From assembly GCA_030602265.1 (NCBI GenBank), contig JAUWAB010000012.1, forward strand, positions 5,923 through 69,922: a stretch of 64,000 bases of DNA, written 5' to 3'. The position numbers and the translations under genes are program-made. Below the pieces are notes generated by a model that saw only the letters and a program-made list of their open reading frames with translations, did not search any database and was not told where the DNA came from. This document shows, one piece after another, positions 44,989 to 53,519 of the stretch. The first letter of the stretch is position 1. Each line of letters starts with the position of its first letter. Source of the stretch: Prolixibacteraceae bacterium (GTDB taxonomy: Bacteria > Bacteroidota > Bacteroidia > Bacteroidales > Prolixibacteraceae).

Positions 44989-47007
44989 GTGCGATTAGAC
45001 CATATGACCGGTAAATTGAACAATGGTGAAGATTTTATCAGCCGGCTGAAAAAAATTGTGGAATCGAACTTTCAAAATGAGCAGTTCGGGGTGGATGAGC
45101 TTATACGCGAAATGGGGATGAGCCGCTCCAATATCCACCGGACTCTGAAGAAAATCACCAAGCAGTCGGTAAGCCATTATATCCGGATTGTACGCCTTGA
45201 GAAAGCTATGCAGCTGCTGAACGAAACCGATGAATCAGCCTCAGAAATCGCTTTCAGGGTAGGGTTCGGGAGTCCAGCCTACTTCACGCACTGTTTTCAC
45301 GAACACTATGGCTTCCCGCCCGGTGAAGTCCGCAAAAGAGCCATGAATCAGGCCGGAGACAAGACCGGTCATCAACCTCCCGGGCCCGGGCAGCAATATC
45401 CATTATCACTGAAAGAACATCAGGGAAAAGGTATGATCAGAAAAAAAGGGATTCTGTTTTATGTCGTCGCAGTCCTTTCAGGATTGCTGCTGCTCATCCT
45501 ACTGGCGTATATGATTTATGTTGCGTTTTCAGGCTATCGGGAAAAACTGGCTGAAGAAAAGAAGTCGATTATCGTCCTGCCATTTAAGAATTTCACAGAT
45601 AATCCTAATTATCAATATTTTGCAGATGGAATTACTGAAGATATACTGAACAATCTGTACCACATCAAGTCCATTCGGGTGGTATCCAGGACTTCATCTG
45701 ATTATTTCAGGGAGAGCAACCGGCCTGTTAAAGAGATCGCCCGGCTGATGAAGGTGCGTTACATTCTTGAAGGAAGTGTACGCAGTCAGGAAAACAAAAC
45801 AAGAATCAGTGTGCAGTTAATTGATGCGAAAAACGACAATCATATTTGGTCAGAAAATTACGACAGGGAACTTACCGATTTCCTCAACATCCAGGATGAC
45901 ATTGCCTTTCAGGTAGCCCGCAACCTGAATGCAGTGCTTTCCGAAGGCGAAATCAGGGAAATCGAAAAAAATAAAACCCAAAATCCGAGAGCATACGACA
46001 ACTATCTCCGGGCCAGATTTCTTCTGCATAAGGCAAACAGTACGTCACGGGCCGATTTTGAGAAATCCGGGGTTCTGAACTGTATCCCATACTATGAAAA
46101 AGCGATTGAAGCCGATTCATCATTTTCAGCAGCATATGCCGGTCTGGCAAACGCCTGGTTTAACCTGTCAGCCTGGGGATTCCTTCCGGCATATAAAGGA
46201 TTTCCGAAAGCGCGTACCTACAGCATGAAAGCCCTGGAACTCGACCCGGAATGTGCTGAGGCTCACGCCGTATTGGGTGCACATTATATTTGGGGCGGAG
46301 GTCGGAATATTCCGGAAGGAAGCAAAGAACTGAAAAAAGCCGTTGAGCTGAATCCACATTTTGCAACGGCCCGGCAATGGTATGCCCAATGCCTGATGAT
46401 TACCGGACCGATCGAAGAAGCCAGGCAGCAAGTCAACCGGGCACTTGAACTGGAACCTTACTTTTGGGTTGTCCAAACCCTGAGTGCCTGGATCTACTAT
46501 TTCGAAAAAAAATACGGAAAAGCGGTTGAAGGTTGTGTGATAGCAAGGGACCTTAATCCTGATTTTATGGATAACAAGTGGTTATTTGTTTTGAATTACG
46601 CCAAACTGGGCGAAGGAGAAAAAATGCTGAACGAACTTCAATCCATCATTAAAAAATACACGACCGACACTACCTACCTGGAAGAAATTGAGGCTGCCTA
46701 TTCTAAAAATGGGATAGCCGGAATTTTCGCCTGGCTGATTGTGGTAAACAACAGCAAGCCTCTTCCGGTGGAAGGAATGGATGGACACCCGTTCTACAGT
46801 GCCTGGTGGAATGCCATTCTTGGCAACAAGGATGAAGCTGTTTACTGGCTCGAACAATCCCTGGAGTATCCACGACTCTTAGGTCACTACTCAAACCTGA
46901 TTACCACTAATCCCGACTTCGACATCCTGCGCGACGATCCGCGGTTTCTGCAGGTCATTGATAAAAAAGGGCTTACTCCCTATCACCAAGGTGCGGCCAA
47001 ACCGTAA
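44989..47007 (+). CDS. Membrane-anchored AraC-HTH / TPR one-component regulator.
   Basis: The N-terminal AraC HTH is ESASEIAFRVGFGSPAYFTHCFHEHYGFPPGEVR. A single TM (ILFYVVAVLSGLLLLILLAYMIYVAF) follows, then an extracytoplasmic domain and TPR-like repeats. The start is either the GTG at 44989 or the ATG at 45004. Confidence 0.8.
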   Translation: MRLDHMTGKLNNGEDFISRLKKIVESNFQNEQFGVDELIREMGMSRSNIHRTLKKITKQSVSHYIRIVRLEKAMQLLNETDESASEIAFRVGFGSPAYFTHCFHEHYGFPPGEVRKRAMNQAGDKTGHQPPGPGQQYPLSLKEHQGKGMIRKKGILFYVVAVLSGLLLLILLAYMIYVAFSGYREKLAEEKKSIIVLPFKNFTDNPNYQYFADGITEDILNNLYHIKSIRVVSRTSSDYFRESNRPVKEIARLMKVRYILEGSVRSQENKTRISVQLIDAKNDNHIWSENYDRELTDFLNIQDDIAFQVARNLNAVLSEGEIREIEKNKTQNPRAYDNYLRARFLLHKANSTSRADFEKSGVLNCIPYYEKAIEADSSFSAAYAGLANAWFNLSAWGFLPAYKGFPKARTYSMKALELDPECAEAHAVLGAHYIWGGGRNIPEGSKELKKAVELNPHFATARQWYAQCLMITGPIEEARQQVNRALELEPYFWVVQTLSAWIYYFEKKYGKAVEGCVIARDLNPDFMDNKWLFVLNYAKLGEGEKMLNELQSIIKKYTTDTTYLEEIEAAYSKNGIAGIFAWLIVVNNSKPLPVEGMDGHPFYSAWWNAILGNKDEAVYWLEQSLEYPRLLGHYSNLITTNPDFDILRDDPRFLQVIDKKGLTPYHQGAAKP

Positions 47008-47292
47008 AATTCCCTGTTGCATCAACCTGCAAACATACCCAAACCTGCAGTTTATCCTTTAAGACACACCGTTCACTCATTGGTGGTTGACATAATATGA
47101 GTTTTCCCTTAATTTAGATATATACTATAAGGTCATTATACCCGATTTAAGATAAAAATAGACATCGAAATATAAATTGATATTTCAATGAGATCATTTT
47201 TTTCCTGGTTATTCGCTTTCAGCGATCTTTAAAGGCAATGCCATAAATCTCTATCTTTGACGCTGCAGAAATTAATTAATAAGGAATAAGGG

Positions 47293-47766
47293 ATGGAAAT
47301 TTCAGGAAAGCCGACCGTTCACCCGTTTTTATTCATCGGCGGAAAAGCAGCAGGATATTTCACCTGGCTTATGCTCGTTCTGGCACTTTCGGTCTGTTCG
47401 GGCCTTCGTCAAAGTACCGGTCCTTGGGTTGATTATGCTGCCTGCGCTACCCTGTCAGCCGGATTTATCCTTATACTGATCAGTTCTCTGACCCTGGGCC
47501 GTTCGATCCGGATTGGTCTGCCCACCGTAGAAACCTCGCTCCGCACCAATGGTATTTACAGTCTGAGCAGGAACCCCATGTATCTGGGCGTCCACCTGGT
47601 AACGCTGGCAGCCATCCTGTTCACCCTGAAATGGTGGATAATCCTCCCCGGAATCTTCAGTATTTATACTTATCACCAGATTGTCCTGGGTGAAGAAAGA
47701 TTTCTGGAACAAAGGTTCGGAACCCCATACTCGCTTTACAAGAAATCCACAAGACGATATTTTTGA
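47293..47766 (+). CDS. Isoprenylcysteine carboxyl methyltransferase (ICMT)/phospholipid methyltransferase-family membrane protein.
   Basis: 157-aa ORF with 4 TM. The C-terminal motif is GIYSLSRNPMYLGVHL...EERFLEQRFG. Confidence 0.72.
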   Translation: MEISGKPTVHPFLFIGGKAAGYFTWLMLVLALSVCSGLRQSTGPWVDYAACATLSAGFILILISSLTLGRSIRIGLPTVETSLRTNGIYSLSRNPMYLGVHLVTLAAILFTLKWWIILPGIFSIYTYHQIVLGEERFLEQRFGTPYSLYKKSTRRYF

Positions 47767-47773
47767 AAATTAT

Positions 47774-49414
47774 TCAGGATCCCGAATCAGGCAACTGCTG
47801 GTCAAACCTGTAAACATCCAGGATATATCTGGCCCTGTACCGGTTATTCTTTTTCCTGAAATAATTGAGATCATAGGAATCCACTTTTTCAACGGATCGC
47901 CCTCTGGTAATCATTTTCAGATAATCATTCTCATGGTCTCTGGAAACCAGCAATAAAAATGGCTGGCTATACTCCCGGACGATTTCTTCTCCCACTACCG
48001 GCACTTTCATGCCTAATTTCCAGACCACCTCCGGCTGAATCTCTTCCAGGGCAAAGACGGCCAGGTTCTTTTCATTGCTGAAATTCTCCGGCGGCCGGTA
48101 TCCCTCGTATACCGGCAACCAGTTAACCGCCCGGAACCCAAAGGTGGTTACCAGAACAGCCAGTACCAAGGTCATATAAAATGCGGGAACCAGTTTGTCT
48201 CGTGCAATTAACCGAAGGATCATTACACCCGATGCCACAAATAAAATACAGCCCGTCAGGTAAATGGACCATTCGCTAATTCCTTCAATTTCCAGAAAAA
48301 AAGCAACCAGAGGGAATAGTAATGCGGGGATGGCAGGTAACCCGAAAACCAGGTATTTCATCCAGCGCCGGCTTTTCTTACCGGCAGGAAATCCCTCTCT
48401 TACTACCGTGAAGATCCAGACTGCTGTGGTGACAGCCAGTGGAAACATTACAGGCACCAGATAGCGCACTTTTTTTTCAGGGATAAGCGACAGCAGCAAT
48501 ACCGACAGTAACATCCACACCAATGAAAACCGGTAAAGCTGAAACCAGGGGCTCACCCTTCGGATCCACTGGTACATGACCATACTCAGCAGCGCCGGGA
48601 TTGCCCAGACTCCCGACTGGATAAAGAAGTTCCAGTAGAAATAGAAAGGCTTAACATTATATGAAGTCCAGTTGGAGGCTTCCTTCGAAGCCATGGCCAG
48701 GATGCCCTCCGGATCCATGAGCCTGACATACAGATACCAACTGCCCCCTGCTATCACCGATATGAGCAAATACCCGATCAGCCACCCAAGTTTTCTCCGA
48801 AACGCCAGAACCCTGTATATCAAGAAATAAGCAATCAGAAAAGGCAAGAGCATGGCATACATGGATACAGGGCCTTTGGAGAGAAATGAGATGCCTGTCA
48901 GTAAACCGGCAACTACCGCCAGCCAGGGCTTCGGAACAGGTTGTCTCAGAAACATGAACAGCAAGGCCAGGGCACCAAACATGGAAACATGGGCATAGGT
49001 ATCGGAGGGGCCCTCGAACCGGATCGTCAGGTAATACAGGGTTGTCGAAAGGATCATGGCACCAAACAGCGAGAAACGGCGGTTGCCGGTCTCCCGGAAA
49101 AGGAAAAAGTACATGGCCAGAATCCCGAGGGAGGCAAAAACAGAAGTAGGTACACGAAACCAAAAGAGCTCATTTCCTCCGGATAAAGCGGCAAACGGCA
49201 GGGTAAACCAGGGAGGAAAGGGTGGCTTTTCATAGCGGGGCATACCATTCATGGTAGTAAGCAGAAAATTGCCATCACCCAACATTTCCCGGGCAACCAG
49301 GAAATTTCTGGCCTCCATAATCGTCACCTGCAACAGGTTGAGATTAAAAAAGTACAGACCTGCAGATAACAACAGCAGGCTGATGACAGGATATTTCTCT
49401 ATACGCGCTTCCAT
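47774..49414 (-). CDS. ArnT/PMT-like glycosyltransferase (GT39/GT83-type, polyprenyl-phosphate sugar dependent).
   Basis: 546-aa polytopic ORF. The N-terminal loop EARNFLVAREM...YEKPPFPPW is typical of the dolichyl/undecaprenyl-P-sugar transferase family. Confidence 0.8.
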   Translation of the reverse strand: MEARIEKYPVISLLLLSAGLYFFNLNLLQVTIMEARNFLVAREMLGDGNFLLTTMNGMPRYEKPPFPPWFTLPFAALSGGNELFWFRVPTSVFASLGILAMYFFLFRETGNRRFSLFGAMILSTTLYYLTIRFEGPSDTYAHVSMFGALALLFMFLRQPVPKPWLAVVAGLLTGISFLSKGPVSMYAMLLPFLIAYFLIYRVLAFRRKLGWLIGYLLISVIAGGSWYLYVRLMDPEGILAMASKEASNWTSYNVKPFYFYWNFFIQSGVWAIPALLSMVMYQWIRRVSPWFQLYRFSLVWMLLSVLLLSLIPEKKVRYLVPVMFPLAVTTAVWIFTVVREGFPAGKKSRRWMKYLVFGLPAIPALLFPLVAFFLEIEGISEWSIYLTGCILFVASGVMILRLIARDKLVPAFYMTLVLAVLVTTFGFRAVNWLPVYEGYRPPENFSNEKNLAVFALEEIQPEVVWKLGMKVPVVGEEIVREYSQPFLLLVSRDHENDYLKMITRGRSVEKVDSYDLNYFRKKNNRYRARYILDVYRFDQQLPDSGS

Positions 49415-50031
49415 GATTTACGCAGCAGCATCAGGTTTCTGACATAAACTACCGTGCCAAAAAGATTTCCAAGAATCAGTACAAGATCCTGACGCAGAAT
49501 ACCATAAACCAGAATCAGGGAAGCCCCGGTCAGGCTGATCAGCCAGAATCCGAGCGGCAATCCGGAGCTATGGTTCACTTCACTGTGAATCCACTGATAA
49601 ACAAAACGAAAGGTAAAAAGCACCTGTGCGGTAATTCCCAGAATAAAGAGTGCCCTTGGAATACTGGTATTGATAATAAGCAGATTCAATTCGTTTTCAT
49701 CGTTGGTAAAATAGTAAATTATTATCGCTAACGGAAAGGCAAGTGCTGCAAAACGGAGGATCTTAGGGAAATACTTCCATTCGTCCAGGATCTGCAGGTT
49801 GCGGATATAGATAAAATAGGTGATGGCCTGGCCTAACATAATGGGAAAATCATTCCGGATATCCCCATACAGAAACATCAGGAAAGAAGCCACCAGACTC
49901 AGCTGCCAGAAATACCTCGGGGCAATTACTTTTTTCTCCTTCTCCGAAGCGAACCATTGGTAAAATGTCCGGGCAGAGAAAAGAAACTGGGACGAAAAAC
50001 CTATGGATAAACCAACCCACTCCACTATCAT
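49399..50031 (-). CDS. Membrane protein with two lipid-A-biosynthesis N-terminal (LAB_N) domains.
   Basis: The ATG at 50031 (MIVEWVGLS) overlaps the upstream stop in an ATGA. The duplicated motifs are FSARTFYQWFASEKEKK and FTFRFVYQWIHSE. Confidence 0.75.
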   Translation of the reverse strand: MIVEWVGLSIGFSSQFLFSARTFYQWFASEKEKKVIAPRYFWQLSLVASFLMFLYGDIRNDFPIMLGQAITYFIYIRNLQILDEWKYFPKILRFAALAFPLAIIIYYFTNDENELNLLIINTSIPRALFILGITAQVLFTFRFVYQWIHSEVNHSSGLPLGFWLISLTGASLILVYGILRQDLVLILGNLFGTVVYVRNLMLLRKSWKRV

Positions 50032-50738
50032 AATCGGTTCTTTATTCGATAATGTATATATTTCTTTTTCATCCATAAATAGGCAAAGCAATCCATAAGC
50101 GGGCCCCAAAGCCGGTTAAACAGTCCGAACTTGGAATCCCCGGCAATTCTTGGATAATGCCTTACCGGCAATTGCTTGATTTTACCCTCCTGAAGGAGCA
50201 CCATGGCAGGCAGAAAACGGTGGAGCCCGTTGAACATCGGAATTTTTTTGGCAACATCCGTATGGATCACTTTCAGCGGACAACCCGTATCGTCCATTCC
50301 GTCGTGGGTAAATGCCCTCCTGATCCTGTTGGCCAGTTGTGAACTTAAATTCTTTACAAACGAATCCTTCCTGCCGGAACGGACTCCCGTTACCAACTCA
50401 TACTCATCCGAATATCCGAGCAAAAGATCGAAATCTTCGGGATCAGTCTGCAAGTCGGCATCGATATAACCGGTCAAGGGAGTTTCCACATGATCGAAAC
50501 CAGCCTTGATGGCAGCGGTAAGCCCCCGGTTCTTTTCAAATTCCAGATAACCGAAACCCGAATGGGCAGCGCAGGCTTTCTCGATCAGTTCCTGGCTGTT
50601 ATCGGTAGATCCGTCATTAACAAACAACACCCTGATTTCCCGTTTGCTCTTTTCCATAAATGCCTTCAGGGCGGTGGTGACCCGTCCGATATTTTTCTCC
50701 TCATTGAAAACAGGAACAATGATCGTTAATGCCTTCAT
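50028..50738 (-). CDS. GT2 polyprenyl-phosphate glycosyltransferase (ArnC/DPM1-like).
   Basis: The motifs are IIVPVFNEEKNI, LFVNDGSTDNS and YIDADLQTDP (DxD). It has ATGA overlaps at both ends (50735-50738 and 50028-50031). Confidence 0.88.
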   Translation of the reverse strand: MKALTIIVPVFNEEKNIGRVTTALKAFMEKSKREIRVLFVNDGSTDNSQELIEKACAAHSGFGYLEFEKNRGLTAAIKAGFDHVETPLTGYIDADLQTDPEDFDLLLGYSDEYELVTGVRSGRKDSFVKNLSSQLANRIRRAFTHDGMDDTGCPLKVIHTDVAKKIPMFNGLHRFLPAMVLLQEGKIKQLPVRHYPRIAGDSKFGLFNRLWGPLMDCFAYLWMKKKYIHYRIKNRL

Positions 50739-51679
50739 GAAATAAATTTTTCCTTATACCATTTAATATGATGCTTCAAACCATCCCGCAGCACCGTTTC
50801 AGGAGCATACCCAAGCAGTTCTTTAGCCAGCCTGATATCGGCACAGGTCCTCAGCTGGTCGCCGCTTCTCGGCGGAAGCACCCTGACCGGAATTTTCACG
50901 TCCAGAAGCTCTTCCACCGTGGCAATCCCTTCGCTGGTGGTCCGCTCCTCCTCACTCCCCAGGTTAATTACCCTTTTTACCACCTTATCCTGATTAACCA
51001 GGGTTCTCGAGATTCCCTCAACGATGTCGCCTACATAGGTAAAACTTCGCAAATGAGTTTCACTGCCCTCATACAGAGAGAATTCGACTTGCCGGAGCCC
51101 GCAGGAAATCAACCTGGTAAATAGTTTATCAGGCCGCTCACGGGGTCCATACACCGAATATAACCGGAGAGAACAACCGTTGATCCGGTTAAGTCTGGCC
51201 TCTGCCAGTACCAGTTGTTCCGCTGCCAGCTTGGTAACCCCATACCAGGAGACCGGCTCGGGAGCCTCATCTTCACGCCGTGTGGCCACTGCACCATAGG
51301 CCGAGGAGGTGGAAATGTTCACCAATAAAGCATTTGCTGAATTTTGCTTTACGTAGTTAAGCAAATGCTGTGTACCTATCACATTATTCTCAAGATAATC
51401 TGCAAAAGAAACATCCGGCGAAATTCCAGGTTGTGCAGCGAGGTGAAAGACTGCATCAAACTTTCCGGGCAATTTCCGGAGATCGTCTTCCGAACGCAGG
51501 TCGCCCCGGAAAACCTTCACTCCGGCTGACTGAATATCGGCCAGATTGAGCTCCTTCAACCAGGGTGAATAATATGCTGAAAAATTATCCAGTCCAATGA
51601 CTTCATGTCCCGAGAGTGCAAGTTGCTCAGCCAGATGAGAGCCAATAAACCCGACTGCTCCCGTTATCAGGATTCTCAT
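50735..51679 (-). CDS. NAD-dependent sugar-nucleotide epimerase/dehydratase (SDR).
   Basis: The ATG at 51679 gives MRILITGAVGFIGSHL (GxxGxxG). The catalytic motif is YGVTKLAAE (YxxxK). The track N-terminal extension to 51847 would overlap the serA promoter region. Confidence 0.88.
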   Translation of the reverse strand: MRILITGAVGFIGSHLAEQLALSGHEVIGLDNFSAYYSPWLKELNLADIQSAGVKVFRGDLRSEDDLRKLPGKFDAVFHLAAQPGISPDVSFADYLENNVIGTQHLLNYVKQNSANALLVNISTSSAYGAVATRREDEAPEPVSWYGVTKLAAEQLVLAEARLNRINGCSLRLYSVYGPRERPDKLFTRLISCGLRQVEFSLYEGSETHLRSFTYVGDIVEGISRTLVNQDKVVKRVINLGSEEERTTSEGIATVEELLDVKIPVRVLPPRSGDQLRTCADIRLAKELLGYAPETVLRDGLKHHIKWYKEKFIS

Positions 51680-51760
51680 TATTTGTTTGTAATTTGAATT
51701 GAAATTTGAGGCAAAATTACGAATAAAAGAAACATACGGAAAAACTATTTCTTTGCCGCT

Positions 51761-51768
51761 TATATTTG
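51761..51768 (+). promoter_or_regulatory. Candidate -7 box TATATTTG for serA.
   Basis: It matches TAnnTTTG and lies 21 nt upstream of the ATG at 51789. Confidence 0.4.
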
Positions 51769-51788
51769 CAAAAACTAACATCAGCACC

Positions 51789-53021
51789 ATGGCACCAAAA
51801 TTTTCGCTTAACAAGAACCAAATCCGGATTTTATTGCTTGAAGGCATTCACCCGTCGGCGGTGGAGTGCTTTAAAAAAACAGGATATACGCAGGTCGAAT
51901 ACCTGAAAACCGCCCTGGACGAAGATGAACTGGAGCGCAAAATAAAAGACGCGCACATTGTCGGGATACGGTCGAGGACACAACTCACCCCTGAAATTCT
52001 GAGGAAAGCCAAAAAACTCTTTGCCATTGGCTGCTTCAGTATTGGCACGAATCAGGTCGACACACCGGCTGCCAAAATGATGGGCATTCCGGTGTTCAAT
52101 GCACCGTTCTCCAACACCCGGTCGGTCGCAGAACTGGTCATTGCCGAATGTATCATGCTGATGCGGGAAGTGCCGATGAAAAATGCAGCAGCCCACCGCG
52201 GGGAATGGCTGAAAGCAGCTAATCATTCCTTTGAGGTCCGCGACAAAAACATAGGGATTGTGGGGTATGGTCACATCGGCAGCCAGGTCTCGATCCTGGC
52301 CGAAGCCCTGGGCATGAACGTCTTTTATTTTGATATAGAGAAAAAACTAAGCCTGGGAAAAGCTACACCATGCGGTTCCCTGCAAGAATTACTGGAGATT
52401 TCGGATGTGGTGACCCTGCATGTCCCGGAAACCCCGATGACCATGAACATGATTTCCGCCCCGGAACTGGCCATGATGAAAAAAGGGTCATTACTGATCA
52501 ATGCCTCCCGTGGCAGCGTGGTGAATTACCCGGCGCTGGCAGAAGCGCTCCGGACAGGCCATCTTACAGGAGCCGCCGCCGATGTTTTCCCAGAGGAACC
52601 GGCTTCGAACCATGAGCCTTTCCAATCGGTTTTACAGGAGTTCGACAATGTTATCCTGACGCCCCATATCGGGGGAAGCACCCAGGAAGCCCAGGAAAAA
52701 ATCGGTACCGAGGTGGCAGAGAAACTGATCAAATACAGCGATAACGGATCCACCATCGGAGCGGTAAATTTTCCACAGATTTCGCTGCAGCCTAACGAAA
52801 ACAAGCAGAGGTTTCTCCATATCCACAAAAATATGCCCGGATTGCTCAATGAGGTGAACCGGATTTTCACCGCCCGGGGAATCAACATTGCCTCGGCTTA
52901 CCTCCAGACCGATTCCGACATCGGCTATGTGATCATCGATACGGAAAGCGACCTGGGTATCAACATTCTGGATGAACTCCGGAAGATACCGGAAACCATC
53001 AGGGCAAGGATGCTTTACTGA
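51789..53021 (+). CDS. serA: D-3-phosphoglycerate dehydrogenase.
   Basis: 410 aa from the ATG at 51789 (MAPKFSLNKNQIRILLLEGIH). It has NAD-binding GIVGYGHIGSQV, the motifs NAPFSNTRSVAE and LTPHIGGST, and a C-terminal ACT-like domain. Confidence 0.9.
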   Translation: MAPKFSLNKNQIRILLLEGIHPSAVECFKKTGYTQVEYLKTALDEDELERKIKDAHIVGIRSRTQLTPEILRKAKKLFAIGCFSIGTNQVDTPAAKMMGIPVFNAPFSNTRSVAELVIAECIMLMREVPMKNAAAHRGEWLKAANHSFEVRDKNIGIVGYGHIGSQVSILAEALGMNVFYFDIEKKLSLGKATPCGSLQELLEISDVVTLHVPETPMTMNMISAPELAMMKKGSLLINASRGSVVNYPALAEALRTGHLTGAAADVFPEEPASNHEPFQSVLQEFDNVILTPHIGGSTQEAQEKIGTEVAEKLIKYSDNGSTIGAVNFPQISLQPNENKQRFLHIHKNMPGLLNEVNRIFTARGINIASAYLQTDSDIGYVIIDTESDLGINILDELRKIPETIRARMLY

Positions 53022-53036
53022 GACCGGCCGCCCTGT

Positions 53037-53412
<376 letters not shown>

Positions 53413-53519
53413 CATGCCGCCTATCCCTTAGCGCCCCACCTAATCAAGGCAACCTATCGGTTTTTTCATCCTGAATATTGCGTTTGGCAGAAAAAATGAT
53501 ATCCTTTGCGTATTGAATA

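Noticed and set aside
51699-51847. N-terminal extensions offered by the track. The cases are serA from 51699, SDR gene to 51847, LAB_N gene to 50109, lipoprotein from 13200, cupin to 32881, giant paralogue to 29129, GH43 from 59854 and hydrolase to 59707.
   Set aside because: The extensions start at TTG or GTG codons. They overlap neighbouring genes or promoters, or precede an in-frame ATG that yields a canonical N-terminus (signal peptide, GxxGxxG, or MAPKFS... of serA). I used the internal ATGs.
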